DNA of 63,693 nucleotides, the filler included, from Pelomyxa schiedti (taxonomy: Eukaryota; Protista; Evosea), in assembly GCA_020536535.1 (NCBI GenBank). It is 14 parts of 14 records of this genome, joined end to end, with 100 filler letters (N's around TTAATTAATTAA, not from the genome) between each part and the next. Parts side by side here need not be neighbours in the genome. Positions count along the whole stretch, not along the records: positions 46,561 to 49,833 come from JAHLWZ010001775.1; positions 49,934 to 58,699 come from JAHLWZ010001307.1; positions 58,800 to 60,746 come from JAHLWZ010002198.1; 11 more parts are not named here. One strand, 5' to 3'. A program made the position numbers and the translations under genes. Each line of letters starts with the position of its first letter. Within the stretch, counting starts at the first letter, position 1. Under the pieces are notes generated by a model. The model was given only the letters and a program-made list of their open reading frames with translations, ran no database searches and had not been told where the DNA came from. Shown here piece after piece: positions 46,677 through 59,117 of this stretch.

Positions 46677-49600
46677 ATGTCCGATCGCGCCTTGTCCAAG
46701 AGCAACGTCGAAATGAATTCGCTCGCGGACCCACAACGCGATGACTGTAGCGACGAGATCGACCCCGTCCAACTTCTGTACATCCACGCCTGCCGCTGCT
46801 TTCCCGAAAACCAGGATCAGGCAGCGAAAATGTGCCGGACGGCCGCTGATCTGGGCTCGGTCCCCGCCATGGTGCGCCTCGGCTGGTTGCTCTTCAACGG
46901 GTCGTGCGGCTTGAGGAGGGACGTCTGCCAGGCTCTCACTTGGTTCGTGAAGGCCGGCGACGCCGCGGGGCTCCACCGCGTCGCCAAGCACTACAAGGAC
47001 GCGGGCGACATGGTCGGGGCCTTCGCTGCGTGGGAGATACTGGCCGAGCACGTGGGCGACCCCGTCGCGGCGTGCCGCCTCGGGTGGTGCTACCAGTGCG
47101 GCCTGAGGGCCGAGAGAGACCTCGCCAGGGCCGTCGAGCTGTACAAAAGGGCCAGGCACCACCCCGACAGCTTCAGGGTCGCCGCCACGCACCTCGCGAT
47201 ATGCCGCCTGCGCGGCGACGGCGTGGACAGAGACCCCGCGATCGCCGCGCTGCTGCTCTCGCAGGCCGAGGGGGACCCGGACGCGATGGCGTACCTCGGC
47301 TGGTGCCACCTCAGCGGGTGCGGCGTCGCGAAGGACGCGAGCAAGGCGGTCGACATCCTGGGCAGGGCCGCGGCGGCGGGGGGAGGCAGGGCCGCGGTGT
47401 TCCTGGCCGAGTGCCACGCAGTGGGCGCCGGCGTCCGCGTGGACGCCAGCAGGGCGGCGCAATTGTTCGCGAGCGCTGGGAACTGCGAGGGAGGCAGAGA
47501 GGCATTTGCGGACTTGGGGCTGCTGTACCATCTACTGTGCGGCCAGCAAATGGAGCAGAGCGGCGCGGTCGCGAGCGCGAGGGAGCAGAGGGCGGTGGTT
47601 ATGTTCGAGAAGGGTGCATGTGCTGGGGACCCTATTGCCATGTTTCACCTTGGGATGTGCCTCAGGGATGCACGCGGCGTGGAGAGGTCGCTGCCGCGGT
47701 CAGTGGAGTGGCTGGAGAAGGCTGCCCGCATGGGCCACAGTGGTGCTGCAAAGGTGCTTGCGAGCTTCTCCAGGTTCGTGCGCAGGATTCCCCCAGTGGG
47801 GAATGGCAATGTTGGCAGGAATGAAAGCGGTGAGGGTGGGGCTTCTTCAGGGGAAGAAGCTGCACTGGGAGAAGAAGTCGAGGAACTGATGCAAAGAGTT
47901 GCCGCACTGAAGAAGCAGGTGAAGGAGTCAGCGAGGTCGAACACAGTGGTGAGTAGTTCATAACCACTCAACACGCCTACCCTCAACAACAATTAAAAAC
48001 GAATCTAACACTGCATTTTCTTCCAGCTGGAAAGTCAGAATGCAGACCTGCAATCCCAGATAAAGAAGAAGGCAGCGATGGATATCACGAGAGAAGACCC
48101 CTCTGAAAGACACAAGGTGTGAATCGGCATCCACATGTGTTTTCCACGAAAATAACACACACACAGTTCATCATTGACACGATGGCGTCCCTGATCTCAG
48201 CAAACATTTCCGATTTTGATGCGGAAACACTCCTGGGAGCTGGCAGCAATGGTGCAGCATTCCGAGTCATATACTCCCACAATGCGGTCAGAACTGCAAT
48301 GGTCATGAAGGTTCTTTTCAACTGGGAAACTCGCGAACCTACGCAAACGCTTGTGAGGCAGAAGTACATGGCCGAGTGTGTGATACTCTCACTGTTCCCG
48401 CGTCACAGGAATATTATTCACCCTCTCGGAGCCATCGTTGCCCCAAGGTACTACACGTTTCCCACCCGTCACAGTAATAACAGTTAACAACACCAACCCG
48501 ACTGACGGTGTGTGCAGGTTGCCGACGAGCTTTGTTGAGATGATACGTGACAAGCATGCGTATCAGATGTCACACCCCAAGTCACTTGCGATCCTCATGC
48601 CCTATGGTGGCATTTCACTGTCGTCGTTCCTCTCTCTGTGGGACGAGGGGTCTGACAGGAAAGCCCAAGTGTCACTAGAAATCCTTGTGCAAGGCCTATC
48701 GGCAATCCGGCACCTCGAGTCTCATTGTGTCATTCACAGGTTCTCCTCTCGCTCGCATCAATTAATAATGCGGAGTAAAACCCGGAACCAGAAGCCTTGA
48801 TAATTGATAATATATTTAACCATAGTGCCATTTATTATAAAATAAGCCGCCAGCGACACAACAAAGCAACAAATAACCAAACCACAGAGACATCAAGGAC
48901 GACAATATTCTTGTGGACCCGGAATCCAAAAGGCTTACCCTCATCGACTTTGGCGAGGCCGTCTTTGCCTCCAACAACGTGGACCTCGAGGTCACGGTGC
49001 AGCCCTCGGGCCTGTGGGGCAACAACGGCACCAGGCCCCCCGAGGTGAGGCAGTTCGCAAGGGGCGGCCACGGCATGTTCTCGTACTCCAAGTGCGACTC
49101 GTTCGCGCTGGCCCTCACCTTCTACGACGCCCTGCTCCCCCCCTCCCGCAAGTTCATCGGCTCCGGCTCCAACGGCTCGCTGTTCACCCCCGCCACCCTC
49201 GCCACCCTGCTGTCCTCCTTCCCGCTCCCATTCCCCATTTCCCCCGCCTCCTCCTCTCCCTCGCCCTCGCCCTCCTCCTCTCCCTCCGCACCGGCTCCTG
49301 CACCTGCGTCCTCCTTCCGGGGGCCCGGGACCCCAGCGGCCACTGCCACTGCCACTGCCACTGCCACTGCCACTGCCACTGCCACTGCCACCACAACCAC
49401 CGAGACAACCACGACGACCACATCGACGATAAGCACGGCGAGCGTGTTCACAATCACAAGCACGACTACGGAGACAACCACCACTACGACCACATCGACC
49501 TCGTCGTCATCGTCATCGTCGCCGGTTGTGGGGGGGCAGCCGCCGCCGGATGTGGCGCCCACAGCTTCTGCAGTGAAGCGTAGCCATGCAGAGGTGATTG

Positions 49601-49698
49601 TGAGCGTGCTTGCAGGGATGATGAATCCCAACAGGAACTCCAGGTTATCTGCAACTGACGCTCTGACCATGCTCCGTTCCTGCGGTCACACCTCGTGA
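46677..49698 (+). CDS. Sel1-repeat + coiled coil + PINK1-like protein kinase
   Basis: Sel1 repeats (AMVRLGWLLFNG, AMFHLGMCLRDARGVERS); kinase LGAGSNG, VMKVLFNW, HRNIIH, HR|DIKDDNIL, IDFGEA, GNNGTRPPE, YSKCDSFALA, NPNRNSRLS. Confidence 0.85.
49339..49390 (+). repeat. (GCCACT)n coding hexamer repeat (poly-AlaThr)
   Basis: About 8 tandem copies, in frame within the kinase C-lobe insertion. Confidence 0.9.
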
Positions 49699-49966
49699 CT
49701 CGGCAGAGTTATGCCATGCTGCAAAAATAAATCGATTGTGTAAAAAAGTACATCACTTCCACACGCGTTATCACGGCTGGGATTCACTAAGTCAGGCAGG
49801 CTTGCTAACTGCACCGCCGATTGGGAATTAGAGNNNNNNNNNNNNNNNNNNNNNNNNNNNNNNNNNNNNNNNNNNNNTTAATTAATTAANNNNNNNNNNN
49901 NNNNNNNNNNNNNNNNNNNNNNNNNNNNNNNNNGGTCCCTGTTCCAGCCCCTCTGCCCCATGTACT

Positions 49967-51606
49967 TTATGAAAGCAAATAATTTTTTTTCTTTTGCCTG
50001 AAGTGGAAAACCAACTTCAGGCCAGGAATGGAAGCGTGGAGTGCAGGAGCCCAGTGGTGGGGTGGGGTGAGAGAGCGAGAGAGCGAGAGCGTGAGAGCGT
50101 GAGAGAGCGAGAGAGCGAGAGAGCGAGAGAGCGAGAGAGCGAGAGAGCGAGAGAGCGAGAGAGCGAGAGAGCGAGAGAGCGAGAGAGCGAGAGCGTGAGA
50201 GCGAGTGAGAGCAGAGCGTGAGAGAGCGAGAGCGTGAGAGCGAGTGAGAGCGAGAGCAAGGGCTGTTAGTGCCGATTGAAGTGCGGCACCAACGCAGCAT
50301 GTTAGTGAAGATATACTGAGTTCCGTTTGTGTGGGCGTTGCTGATGCGGAGTTGGCATTGCTGCCGCTGGTTGATGAATTGGTGTTGGGGCTGGTTCCGG
50401 TGGGGTGTGTGAAGACAGTGAACTGGAACTGGTTGGTGATGTTAATGCTATTACTGTTGTTGGGTGTGGTGATGGGAGATGCGGGAGCAGTTTCGATTGG
50501 CGGCGGGGGGATTTCATCATTGCTTGGTGGAGGCAAGGGAGAGGATTCCGGCGGTATTATTTTGGTCCGCGAAGTTTTGAAATGGGTGGAACCTGGGAAT
50601 GTGGTCAGGTGCAAGGTTTTTTGGGTTTGTGGAAAATGACCTCTTAACGGAGCTGCAAGGGAATCTTTGTACAGGTCATAGGACTGCGGGGATACAAAGA
50701 GGTTGAACTTAAGCAGGCAAAGCACTGCAATTTCCAAATCATTCATTTCGAGTCCGGTGACACCACCAACTCGGCTGTAGAACTCGTTGCTGTAAAATAC
50801 ATCTTCCCAGTGTTTTAGACTGACAACAACGCTGCGGTCATGGTTAGTTGAGATAATAACCAAGAAAAAGCAGTACCAAGCGAGCAACAATCTGTGAATG
50901 TTAAGATCTCCCAAGATGAAGTCTGGGTAATCTCTCAACAAGTTATCTATATACATAAGAGAGAGCACCAGAGATTCTTCGGTAGCACCATACTTAAGTA
51001 GCCTATCAATAATCTGTTAAAATCATAGTAGCGTAGAGTTAGGAAAACCAACCTTTGGGTGTACACCAATAGAGGTATACAAGGAGGGGCAGAAGCGTCG
51101 AATGCCGCCAATAAAGTAGCAGTAATATCAGACGGATCAGAGGGTTGTACAGATGACGCTGGTCTCGTTTTCCTCGCCAAAAGTTGCGCTGTGAACCTCG
51201 ACGCCAAGTCAGATTCGTACACAGGCGCGGTGTGTTGTGGGTTTGCGTCGGAGCAATGTCGGCTGTGGCTATGGCTGTGGCGGCTTCCCTGCCCGCTGTT
51301 CGTTTTGGTATTCTCCTGGCGGCTCTTGCTCTCGTGATCGCGATGATGCGCGGCAGTGTGACTGCGGTGGTGATGGTGTCGATCGCCTGTAGAAGTGGGC
51401 AGCGACGGCGACGCGGCTTTCTTGTCGCGTAACGCGGCCGTTAGCGGGGACTCGCTCCTTGCGGCCGTTACGCCAACAACAGAAGATCGCGGCATGAACG
51501 CTCCAGATCCGCCCTCTCGCTCTTCGGCCAGGTACTTCTTTGAGCTAGCGGCAGCAGACTTGTGTCGTCTCAGCACCGCGGCAGTGGCAGCGACGTGATG
51601 GTACAT
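49967..51606 (-). CDS. PHO80/cyclin-U (P-type) cyclin; 3' end uncertain
   Basis: FDASAPPCIPLLVYTQRL, LSLMYIDNL, NIHRLLLA, KHWEDVFYSNEFYSRVGGV, EMNDLEIAVLCLLKFNLFVS. Confidence 0.88.
50069..50257. repeat. (GAGAGAGC)n purine-rich minisatellite
   Basis: Seen directly in sequence, with GAGAGCGT variants. Confidence 0.9.
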
Positions 51607-52103
51607 CTTTTGTTTTTATTAATGACTTCGGCCTGTCGTGATGGTCCGTCCCTCTGTCCACCAAGTTTTTTTTTTATTTTTTTTTTATTTTTTGTGCTTT
51701 TTGTTCTGGCTCGTATTTGGGGCTTGACAGGCGCGCAGGGGAATTGTGTTGATCGGGCGACGAAAATCCAGCGAAATCAACGGAGTTGAGTGCACTCTCC
51801 TCCTTTCATGCGAAAAATGGTTTCGTCGGAAAGTGGAAGGTGCGAATCGTACCCTTTGTTTGTTCCTTATTCGGAAAGGCACCTTCCGCTCTGATCAACC
51901 CGGCTTGATGTTCTCTTCGAAGTCTCAAGCGTAAACTTTAATGTTTTTTTTGAAGCCTTCTTGTTGTTTGATTGTTACAACAGGGGTTGGCTGGGCCACA
52001 TACAACAAATATTTTGGTGATGTGCATGATTATTTTATTGTGGTGATGTGACTGGGCGAATGAGAACAGTCTCAGGGAGGAAGCATGTGGCTTTGGTGAT
52101 TTC

Positions 52104-53224
52104 TCACCTGTTGTTGTTTGATGTTGGTATGGTGGGAATGTGGCGGTGCTGTTGATGTTGGTGTGGAGGGTCCCTGAGTGATTTGTATTTACCGACTGTA
52201 TCGGGCGGGAGTTGCCTCAGCATGTGAAACTGTTAGCGGAATTAGAACAACATAAAAAATATTGCGAACGAATAAAACATCCACACACCACATCGGCATT
52301 GCAAAAATGGAGTCCGGTCTTTGGGTCAGTGTAAGCTGCCGGCAACCCGGTGAGGTCACAGTATTTTTTGGGGGGATATGCCGGAGGTCCGGCTTCAATC
52401 ACGGAAAAAGGCCACTCACCCCCCACATTCGTTGCAACCGGCCCAATGCTGAGCCCAAGAGTCCGAGAACTTCTCGCAGGTTGTTGTTGCTGCTGCTGCG
52501 ATGATGATGCGGTGGCAGCGGAAGCCGATTGGGCGTGCTTCTTTGCAGTGTATGGTGTTGGGTTGTAGTCCTCGTCGTTCTCGTTGTCATCCTCACCAAC
52601 CCCGCCCGTTCCCTCTCCCTCTTCCTCCTCGTCATAGTTCTCGTTGTCACCACCATCCCCATCATCACCCCTGAGGATTCCCATGATCCCGATTCCGCCG
52701 CTCCCTCCCCTCTGCCTCTTTGTCCCCGTCCTCGTCGCAGCCGGCTCCAGCCCATAATTCCCCTTGCCGCTGTTGCTCGTTGTAATTTCGGCAGAGGGGC
52801 CAGACGAAGGAGGAGGGAGGAGGTCAGGTCTCAGCGGCGACGGGTGCGACGACGCGATGCGGGCCGACGCCGCGGCGTTCTTGAACTTGGCGGGGGCGTT
52901 GGGGTGGCTGTGGTGGGAGGACGTGGCGGTGGTGCGGGCCCTCTTTGGGCGAGGCGGCCGCGGCGAGGGCGGCGCCGATCTGGAGGAGGACGGGGGCGGC
53001 GGTGGGAGGAGGGGCGGTGGGCACCCTGAGGCGAGGGCGGCGTAGGAGGAAGAGGAGGAGGAGGGGGGAGGGGAGCGGGGCCCCGTCGGGAGGGGCACCG
53101 CACCAGGAAGCGGCGGGGAGGGAGACGGGGGCGGGGGAGCGGAGGACGCGGACGGCGGGCGCCTGCGTGGTTGTTCACCACCACCGCGGCCGTCATTGTG
53201 CCTTGGTTGCTGGCTGTTGCTCAT
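52104..53224 (-). CDS. INO80C: INO80 complex subunit C / Ies6 (YL1 C-terminal domain) with a long low-complexity N-terminus
   Basis: IEAGPPAYPPKKYCDLTGLPAAYTDPKTGLHF; one intron then gives FHMLRQLPPDTVGKYKSLR. Confidence 0.8.
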
Positions 53225-53371
53225 GCTGCTCCGCGCCGACAGCCGATCGGTGTAGCGCTACGGATAGAACTTTAGACAATTCGCTCGCTGTGTTGAGCTT
53301 TGTCTTCTAGATATTCCCAACTTGGGATCTAAATCATTCTGTGAAGAGAAACAAACGAACAAAACCAACCA

Positions 53372-56083
53372 ATGGGCAACACCACACCCGACGCACCGAG
53401 ACCACGCCTTAGCAAAGAGGCATTGGACGCGCTCGTCACCCACTACATTTCGTTGGACAAAATCGAAAAGGCAGCACAGCAGTACGAGGATTCCAGGGAC
53501 GGGTCCGGCTTGATCAACAACGATTCGGCGAGGGTACTGGCTCGGCACTACAAAAGTAAGAAAACTCAGAAAGGCGTTGACATGGCCCAGGAGTTGTACG
53601 AGGGGGCGCACGACGGGCCGGCTATGTTCAAAGTTGCAATGCGCCACAAGTATGGTGATGGTGGGGCAAAGTGTGACATGAACAAGTGTGAAAGACTCCT
53701 GGAAAAGGCCGTGGAGATTGGACGCGTTGGAGCCACAACCCCACGATGGTGTGGCAAGGCCATGGTTGAGTTGGGGACGTGTTATCGGAAGGGCTTGGGC
53801 GTGGAGCGCAACCCAAAGACAGCTGTATCCCTGTACCGCCGAGCACTGCCCTTGCCTGAAGCAGAAGTTGTACTTGCTGTGTGCTATCTCATGGGTGAGG
53901 GTGTGCCCTGTAACCCAGAAGAGGCAGTGCAACAACTTAAAGCAGGAGTTGAGCGCGGTGGTCCCGCCGCTAGAATGTTCAAGGGACTCCTTGGGTTGTG
54001 TTTGTTGTGGGGATTGGGGGTGGAAAGTAACGTTGTTGAGGGCATAGGACTGATCCTCAAAGGTGATGAGGAGGGTGATGGGAGGGCCACGGTTTATTTG
54101 GGCCATTGTATTGAGGTAGGTTGCAGTTTGGAGATCTCAACACTGTCAAAGAGGGTTCGCCCAACCACATACGACCTGTACTGCGCAGCTGTGGGGAACA
54201 CAAGAAAGAGGAGGGGAGGGCTGGAGGCATTTTGTGAACTTGGAAAGTTTCTACGAAAGGAGCCATGTGTTGCCACTGATAAGAAATGGGCCGTCGCACT
54301 TTTCCAGCACGGAGCCGACGCTGGAGATCCTGATGCCACGTACCACCTTGGAATGTGCACCCTCAGTGGAGAGGGTGTTGATCGTAATAGGCCCAAAGCT
54401 ACGCAGTTGCTTGAAAACGCTACGGCCATGGGTCACAAAGATGCCTTCAAGGTTATTGATACATTGGATCAGCAAGCCAAGGCATACTCAAGCACAAGTC
54501 ACTTGGAAACTTTCATTCATGCTGAAAGTTTGCAGGCAACTGAAGTGCTCAACGCACAGCAGCCAGAAACAAATCACATCCAAGAGGGGCACTTGGAACG
54601 TATTGCTGAACTTGGAAAGGGAGCTTATGGTACTGTTTCCAAGTATATCTACCGCAATCCAGCCACCAATGTTTCTGAGGACGTGGCAGTGAAAGCCCTG
54701 CACAAAGAAATAAAGTCTACATTCAACGAAGGAAAATTCCAGACTGAGGCCGAGGTTATCCCTCTGTTCTCTTTTGTCGTTTACACAAATTCACCATCAC
54801 AAAACAGACGATGTCAAGGTTACGGCACCCAAACATTGTGAAATTCATTGGGACATGCAGAACCAGCACAGGGCAACTTTGGATTATCTCTGAACTCATG
54901 GAACTCAGCATCAGGGATATCCTTCAAACGGTTTCTTCCTCTTTCCCAACAACAAGTGAGTTTTAGTGTCTTTCAGGGAAAAAGTTTCAACTTCAGAGAG
55001 GTTATTGCACTCTCTTCGGGAATTGCCAAAGGAATGACTGCACTTCACGGGTTTGTTCCCTTCCTCTCTCTAGATGTTCATCAACAAATTTGAACTGTGG
55101 TGCATGAGACAGAGAGGGTATTATGCACCGGGACCTCAACAGTGGAAATATTCTCCTTGATTCTTGTGGAACTCCAAAAATTGCTGATTTTGGTTGTTTT
55201 CTCTTGCCAACCAATTACAGGTTAACAAACTCGTGCAGGAATGTCAAAAGCTCTCCAAGGAAGTTGCGGTCACCCAAGTCTTCATCCCACTTTGACCAAA
55301 GTTGCTGGCACACCGATTTACCTGCCACCACAGATGTACACTTGTCACTATAACATCGAAGGTTGGAATTCGTAAATGACAACCACTTATCTATATCCCA
55401 GGAGACATGTGGGAATTTGCAGTTTTGTTGAGTGAACTTCTCACAGGCATCCCAGAGGATACTGTGCCAACGGCTAATACCAGTCAGATCCAGGAGTTTA
55501 TCAGGATCCAGAAAGCTTCACTCTTGCCGCTTGAAATTGCTGGTTCTTATCCCTGAAGTCTTTCTCCCAACACTAACCCTCAATCTAACAGAAGTGGAGA
55601 GGCTGTGTTCTGAGGCTGATATCCCGGTTGCAGGGTGCCTTTGCCGGAGGAGTGGCATCATTGGCGCCTTGCGAAATGAGCCCAAGTTCAACAACGTCCA
55701 GCCCGCGTGCGTTCGTCAGTTCTCACTCATTGTTGAGTCCTGCCTCTCAATCCTCGGTTAGTTTTCCCTTCCTTTGTTGGCCGGCGGAAAACCCACCCAA
55801 TAACACAGAGAGCAACCGGCCGTCCTTCATTTTCATTGAGCAGATGCTGAGGGTGTGTGCCCTGATGGTCTTCACAGATTCTCCAATCGAGACTCCGTCA
55901 CAACCACCAGCATGCAGCACCCTCAGACCTGACAATGATGCTACCACACACACCACAGCGTGCAGTGCAGACATCTCTTCATCACCGTGCACCCACACCA
56001 CTCCCACAACTCCCAAAGAGGTGGACACACACATTGCAGAGTGTCTTGCACACATTGCTTCCTCTTTCCCCAACCATGAATGA
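53372..56083 (+). CDS. Sel1-repeat + TKL-type protein kinase
   Basis: Sel1 repeats (AMVELGTCYRKGLGVERN); LGKGAYGTV, VAVK, RHPNIVKFIG, HRDLNSGNILL, ADFG, GTPIYLPPQ, NRPSF. Confidence 0.88.
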
Positions 56084-56331
56084 TAAGATAAAACTTTGGA
56101 ACCCTCCTTCTCCCACAAGGGTGCACAGATGGACTGTGTAGGATATCTTTTATCTGTCTATTGTGACACTGTTCTCGTAGAACACCTTTGGCACCATTCC
56201 CCTTATAAGATCTCCGTTTCAACAAGATCACAATGGTTGTTAAATTGGTTGAGAAATTAAGTGTAGAATTTGTTATTTGGTCTTGTGAATTCTAATTTGG
56301 AGTTGCTTTGGTTCCACCAAACCGAAAGACA

Positions 56332-57536
56332 TTATTTTTTTCCCGATTTGTTTTTGCAACAACCCACACAATAGAACAGGATAACAGTGAAAATGCTGTT
56401 GAGCAGTCCCAGTGCTGGCTCGGTACACACTTGTGCCATGTACCAAGCAAAACTCTGTGGGATTTTTTTGAGTTTTGTTGACTTGGGGAAAATTACCTCC
56501 TCGTTGGACACCCAAGTCTGTGGGGCTGGGTCAGAAAAACAGAGTGTTAAATTTTGAAAGAAAAACCTGGATTCGATTGCCCAGTGGAGCGATCCACACT
56601 ATAATAAAGAGACCAGGATAAACAATAATGTCTTTCCGAGTGCCCTGGCTGGATTAAATGTTGTTGAACAAAGTGGGAAAAAACCCATAATTTGCCCTCC
56701 TCGCTTGTAACGGCTGTTGGGTCTTTGACAATAGCCATCTTTGATTCATCTGTTGTGGAACTTTTGGACTTAGCCAGGAAAGCGGCAACGTAGAACCCCA
56801 TCGTTACACTCATACACACAACCAGGGGTGCGTAGAAAGCCCCGAACTGCCACCACGGATCATCACTTGTTATCCAACACCAATAGCCTGCCGGCCCATA
56901 ATCGCTGAATTTGTATGTTAGATGCATATGTGGAGTATATCTACAAACCTGATAATGGGGAGTAACGTAAGCAGAAAAGTACAAACCCCTACAAAGAAAG
57001 CCAAAATGATCTTGTATATCCACTTGCTGTATTTTCCGAGGCTCAAAGCCCACATCAAGTGAAAAGAAATCACTGTTACCATAAGAAATTCAGACTAGGC
57101 ATTGATTAACGCTGGAAAGTGGTCTTTTCATCATACACACCACTTCTCCGAACTGCATAAGCATCCCTTGGATGTAACAAAGTAAACTCGGTTCCGGCTG
57201 GGATCCTAGCCCTGTCAACAATTAAGCGATTCTAATGGAACAGTAGCAAGAGACCACTACGCCGCCAAATAGAGACACCGTACCGATGCTTAATGAGTTT
57301 GCTATGGAACTCAGCCACGAACATCCCAGGAGCACCACAACCATGGCGGAATTGGTACTCCAATCCTCGCTATTCTTATTGAGTCTCAAGAACAGCACAC
57401 CAAGCACAATGGAGGTGCTGAGGAGCGATATAAGAGACACCACCACCCTCACGTCCACAACAACCCGCGCTTGCTTGTCGGTCAACGTCCCATCATCACC
57501 ATCACTCCAACTTACGTAGGAGTCAACAGAGCTCAT
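56332..57536 (-). CDS. cAMP-receptor-like / GCR1-type 7TM receptor
   Basis: TM1 SLISLLSTSIVLG, LCYIQGMLMQFG, YGPAGYWCWI, FYAPLV, TM7 PALGLLNSIF. Confidence 0.8.
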
Positions 57537-59117
57537 TTTATGTCTTCTAAGAAGTCCAACTTTTCTTTTTCCGTGTTTGTAGAAATACAAGTGGGGATGG
57601 TGTGCGAACTATGGGTCTTGTTGTCCGTCTGAGAGGTGGTTGGAGAGACAACAACTGGTCAATGGGAACTGCGCGGAATCATCACATTTTTTCTGTGGCA
57701 TTGAAGTAGTCTCTGTGTTTTTACATTAGGATTAGATCCCATTAGACACTGCACACAAGATACCTGAGCTGGCCAAGCAGACTGAATTGTCTCTGACACC
57801 CACACTACGCACTGACTACAGATCGTTTCCGACGATACTGAAGCAATTCCGGTGCAACTACCACTACGTAGGCACCGAGGCATCGCATCACCACACCATC
57901 AAATATTTTATTTTTCTATCGATGGAAAAGAAATTTCATGTTCAACGAAACATCAAGCGCGAGTGGAAAAGTCTTCATGGTGGCGATAAGATACAGGGCA
58001 GTAAAGGCAGAGAGGTTGCCGGAAACCAGCAGAAATCATCCAAGAACGGCGGTAATCCCGTGATGAGCACAGAAGATGGTCCAAAGCATTGAGATAGCAA
58101 GCCAGCAAGTGAACTATCATGGTGGAAGAGCAAGCAAAGTGGTTATTGTGTACTTCCACAAAGTACACGAACTTGGCCTTGCTTGCGAGGCTCTGAAGTC
58201 TGGACTATTACCAGAATGAGACAGCAAAGGTAATGATCAGCGCACAGCACAGCTGGGCACACAAATGCAACAAGAACGTGGCAGGCAGTTTTGTGTACTT
58301 CGACAAAGTACACGAACTCGGCCTTGCTCGCGGGATACCTATTATGTTTAAGTTTGGTTGGGGTGACGATGAAAAGGAGAGGGGGATTTACCATGTGGTG
58401 ACAGGCTGTCATGGCAAGTCCACCACCAACTGTACAAGGTGAGACGAGAAAAAGAAGAAATAGCATACCAGTGGCTGAGCTGCTGAAAGTCACAGAGGGC
58501 CCCAATGCCAACACTCCCATGTGCATACAGCGTGAATGTGTAAAAAGGACCTAGAGAGTGGAGGTGAGTGAGAGATTGGGGGGGTACTCAAAGAAGAGGA
58601 ATACCGGTGGAATGGAGCCGAGCCGCACACGCATTCTGCTGACGTCCACAACACCACCTGGTTTTCAAATGTGAGAATCGAAAAAGAAAAACGGAGAAGN
58701 NNNNNNNNNNNNNNNNNNNNNNNNNNNNNNNNNNNNNNNNNNNTTAATTAATTAANNNNNNNNNNNNNNNNNNNNNNNNNNNNNNNNNNNNNNNNNNNNG
58801 GGTTATGAATGTATCTGACAGACCCGGCACAACAAACAAACAGGCACTCCTGCTGCCGTAAGATCTCCCGTTTCGTTGTTGATTTCGGAAATTGATGGAG
58901 GAGTACGAATTAGCCAGTTCGTGTTTCGGCCTTTACCGGAAGTTGCCGGGAAATCAATGATTCAATCATCACATGAGATTGTGCTCCGTCCACTTCATTC
59001 TGCCGGTGGCTCGTTCAACTCTGTTTCAACATTCTTTTCTTGCAACATAGTGCATCAATTTCAGCAGTTTTTCCCAGCCTCTAGAAGCCTACATAAAATT
59101 CGCTCATCGACAGGCCC

